From Prochlorococcus marinus subsp. pastoris str. CCMP1986 (GTDB lineage Bacteria; Cyanobacteriota; Cyanobacteriia; PCC-6307; Cyanobiaceae): DNA of 32,000 bases. The stretch is taken from positions 1,410,001-1,442,000 of the forward strand of contig NC_005072.1 in NCBI RefSeq assembly GCF_000011465.1, given 5' to 3'. Positions 30,439 to 32,000 of the stretch are shown in pieces (within the stretch, counting starts at the first letter, position 1; every line of letters begins with the position of its first letter). Position numbers and translations under genes: made by a program. Below the pieces are notes generated by a model. The model was given only the letters and a program-made list of their open reading frames with translations. It did no database searches and was not told the origin of the DNA.

Positions 30439-30557
30439 CTAATTATTTTAAAAATCTAATAACTTAAGCTTTCAAGAAATTGCTAGCGAAAAATTAAATA
30501 TGTAATTATTTACTTTTTATCGATTTTCAAAAATTCAAAACATACTTTAAAATTTTT

Positions 30558-32000
30558 ATGTCTCAGCAAATTGTAATAGCTGAGCAGGCGCGTATTGCAG
30601 CACTACTCACAGATGATCAAGTTGATGAATTAATCGTCGCACAAGGTCAATATCAAATCGGGGATATTTTTTTAGGAACTGTTGAAAATGTCCTACCAGG
30701 TATTGATGCTGCCTTTATAGATATTGGAGAAAGTGAAAAAAATGGCTTTATTCATGTATCAGATCTAGGTCCATTAAGATTAAAAAAAGGTGTTGTAGGA
30801 ATTACTGAACTTCTTGAACCAAAACAAAAAGTTCTCGTGCAAGTAATGAAAGAACCTACTGGAAATAAAGGACCTAGACTTACAGGTAATATCTCGTTAC
30901 CTGGTAAATATTTGATACTGCAACCATATGGACAAGGAGTCAATATTTCTAGAAAGATAAATACTGAGACTGAAAGAAGTCGTTTAAGAGCTCTTGGAGT
31001 TTTAATTAAACCGCCTAGCACAGGATTATTATTTCGAACTGAAGCAGAACAAATCAAAGAAGAATTTCTTATTGAAGATTTAGAACATTTAATTCAACAA
31101 TGGGATCAAGTATTAAAAAATTCAGAGAATAATCATCCACCAAATTTAATAAGTAGAGATGAGAATTTTTCATTAAAAATTTTAAGAGATTACATCAAAT
31201 CATCAACTAGTAAAATTGTAATTGATAATAAAATCGCTCTCGAAAAAGCAAAAGACTTTTTAGTTAATAATGACTCTAATTTGGATCTTGTTTTTCACAA
31301 TAATGAAATAAATGAGCATATTTTAGAAAAATACCAAATTAATAAAACTATTCAAAAGGCGCTTCAGCCAAGAGTAGATTTACCTTCAGGAGGTTACATA
31401 ATTATTGAACCTACTGAAGCATTGACAGTAATTGACGTTAATTCTGGATCTTTCACAAGATCAGCTAATTCAAGACAAACTGTTTTATGGACGAATTGTG
31501 AAGCAGCTATAGAAATTTCTAGACAAATGAAATTAAGAAATATTGGGGGAGTTTTAGTTATAGATTTTATAGATATGGAATCTCGAAGAGATCAATTTCA
31601 GTTACTTGAACATTTTACTTTAGCCATTAAAGATGATTCAGCAAGGCCACAAATAGCTCAATTAACTGAGTTAGGTTTAGTTGAATTAACAAGAAAAAGA
31701 CAAGGTCAAAATATATATGAATTGTTTAGTACTAAATGCAATAACTGCAATGGATTAGGGCATAAAGAAAAATTACCAAATTATAAAAATATTTCTTTAA
31801 AAACTAATCAAAATGCAAAAAAATCCAGTAAAATTAATGATACCAAAATCTCAGATTCAACTCCCATTCAATTAATTGAAAATCAGGAAACGATCATTGG
31901 GGAAGAGTTAACTAAAACCAAAAACACCATTAAAGACGATGATCATTCCAATAAAAGGGGGAATGATAATGAATTACCTAATACAAACAATCGTAGTGAA
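30558..32000 (+). CDS. rne: Ribonuclease E/G, 3' end truncated by the window edge
   Basis: ATG at 30558: MSQQIVIAEQARIAALLTDDQVDELIVAQGQYQIGDIFLGTVENVLPGIDAAFIDIGESEKNGFIHVSDLG...VDLPSGGYIIIEPTEALTVIDVNSGSFT...NIGGVLVIDFIDM...CNNCNGLGH. Open to the window end so absent from the ORF track. Confidence 0.96.
   Translation, partial: MSQQIVIAEQARIAALLTDDQVDELIVAQGQYQIGDIFLGTVENVLPGIDAAFIDIGESEKNGFIHVSDLGPLRLKKGVVGITELLEPKQKVLVQVMKEPTGNKGPRLTGNISLPGKYLILQPYGQGVNISRKINTETERSRLRALGVLIKPPSTGLLFRTEAEQIKEEFLIEDLEHLIQQWDQVLKNSENNHPPNLISRDENFSLKILRDYIKSSTSKIVIDNKIALEKAKDFLVNNDSNLDLVFHNNEINEHILEKYQINKTIQKALQPRVDLPSGGYIIIEPTEALTVIDVNSGSFTRSANSRQTVLWTNCEAAIEISRQMKLRNIGGVLVIDFIDMESRRDQFQLLEHFTLAIKDDSARPQIAQLTELGLVELTRKRQGQNIYELFSTKCNNCNGLGHKEKLPNYKNISLKTNQNAKKSSKINDTKISDSTPIQLIENQETIIGEELTKTKNTIKDDDHSNKRGNDNELPNTNNRSE

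Noticed and set aside
30752-31057. 101-aa minus-strand ORF
   Set aside because: Lies entirely opposite the well-supported RNase E coding frame.

Overview
AT-rich window read as a chromosomal core segment of a high-light-type Prochlorococcus (or very close marine picocyanobacterium). Taxonomy is inferred from protein sequence feel, the split rpoC1/rpoC2 arrangement and gene order; no database search was possible. Left part (mostly minus strand): partial aldo/keto reductase, ferredoxin, DUF1257/Ycf35, DUF2997, HEAT-repeat protein, a 41-aa membrane micro-ORF, rlmN, a tiny high-light-inducible protein missed by the ORF track, rpoC2, rpoC1, rpoB, tatD, rpsT. Middle: hisD(+), rpiA(-), degQ/htrA-type protease(-), rimP-nusA-ylxR-infB(+), DUF3493(-). 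Right part: a three-gene plus-strand cassette (GT39-like transferase, GT2 glycosyltransferase, B12/radical-SAM protein), clpS and dapL (-), and a 3'-truncated RNase E/G gene (+) missed by the track. I see no CRISPR array, prophage, transposon, tRNA or rRNA, and nothing I would call a clear new defence or mobile system. Best leads are the structured leader of rne with mutually exclusive pairings, the ferredoxin-DUF1257-DUF2997 cluster, an isolated GC-rich hairpin inside an 18-codon mini-ORF before the glycosyltransferase cassette, long in-frame repeats in the IF-2 N-terminus, and the GT2 protein with an apparent leftover methyltransferase tail.
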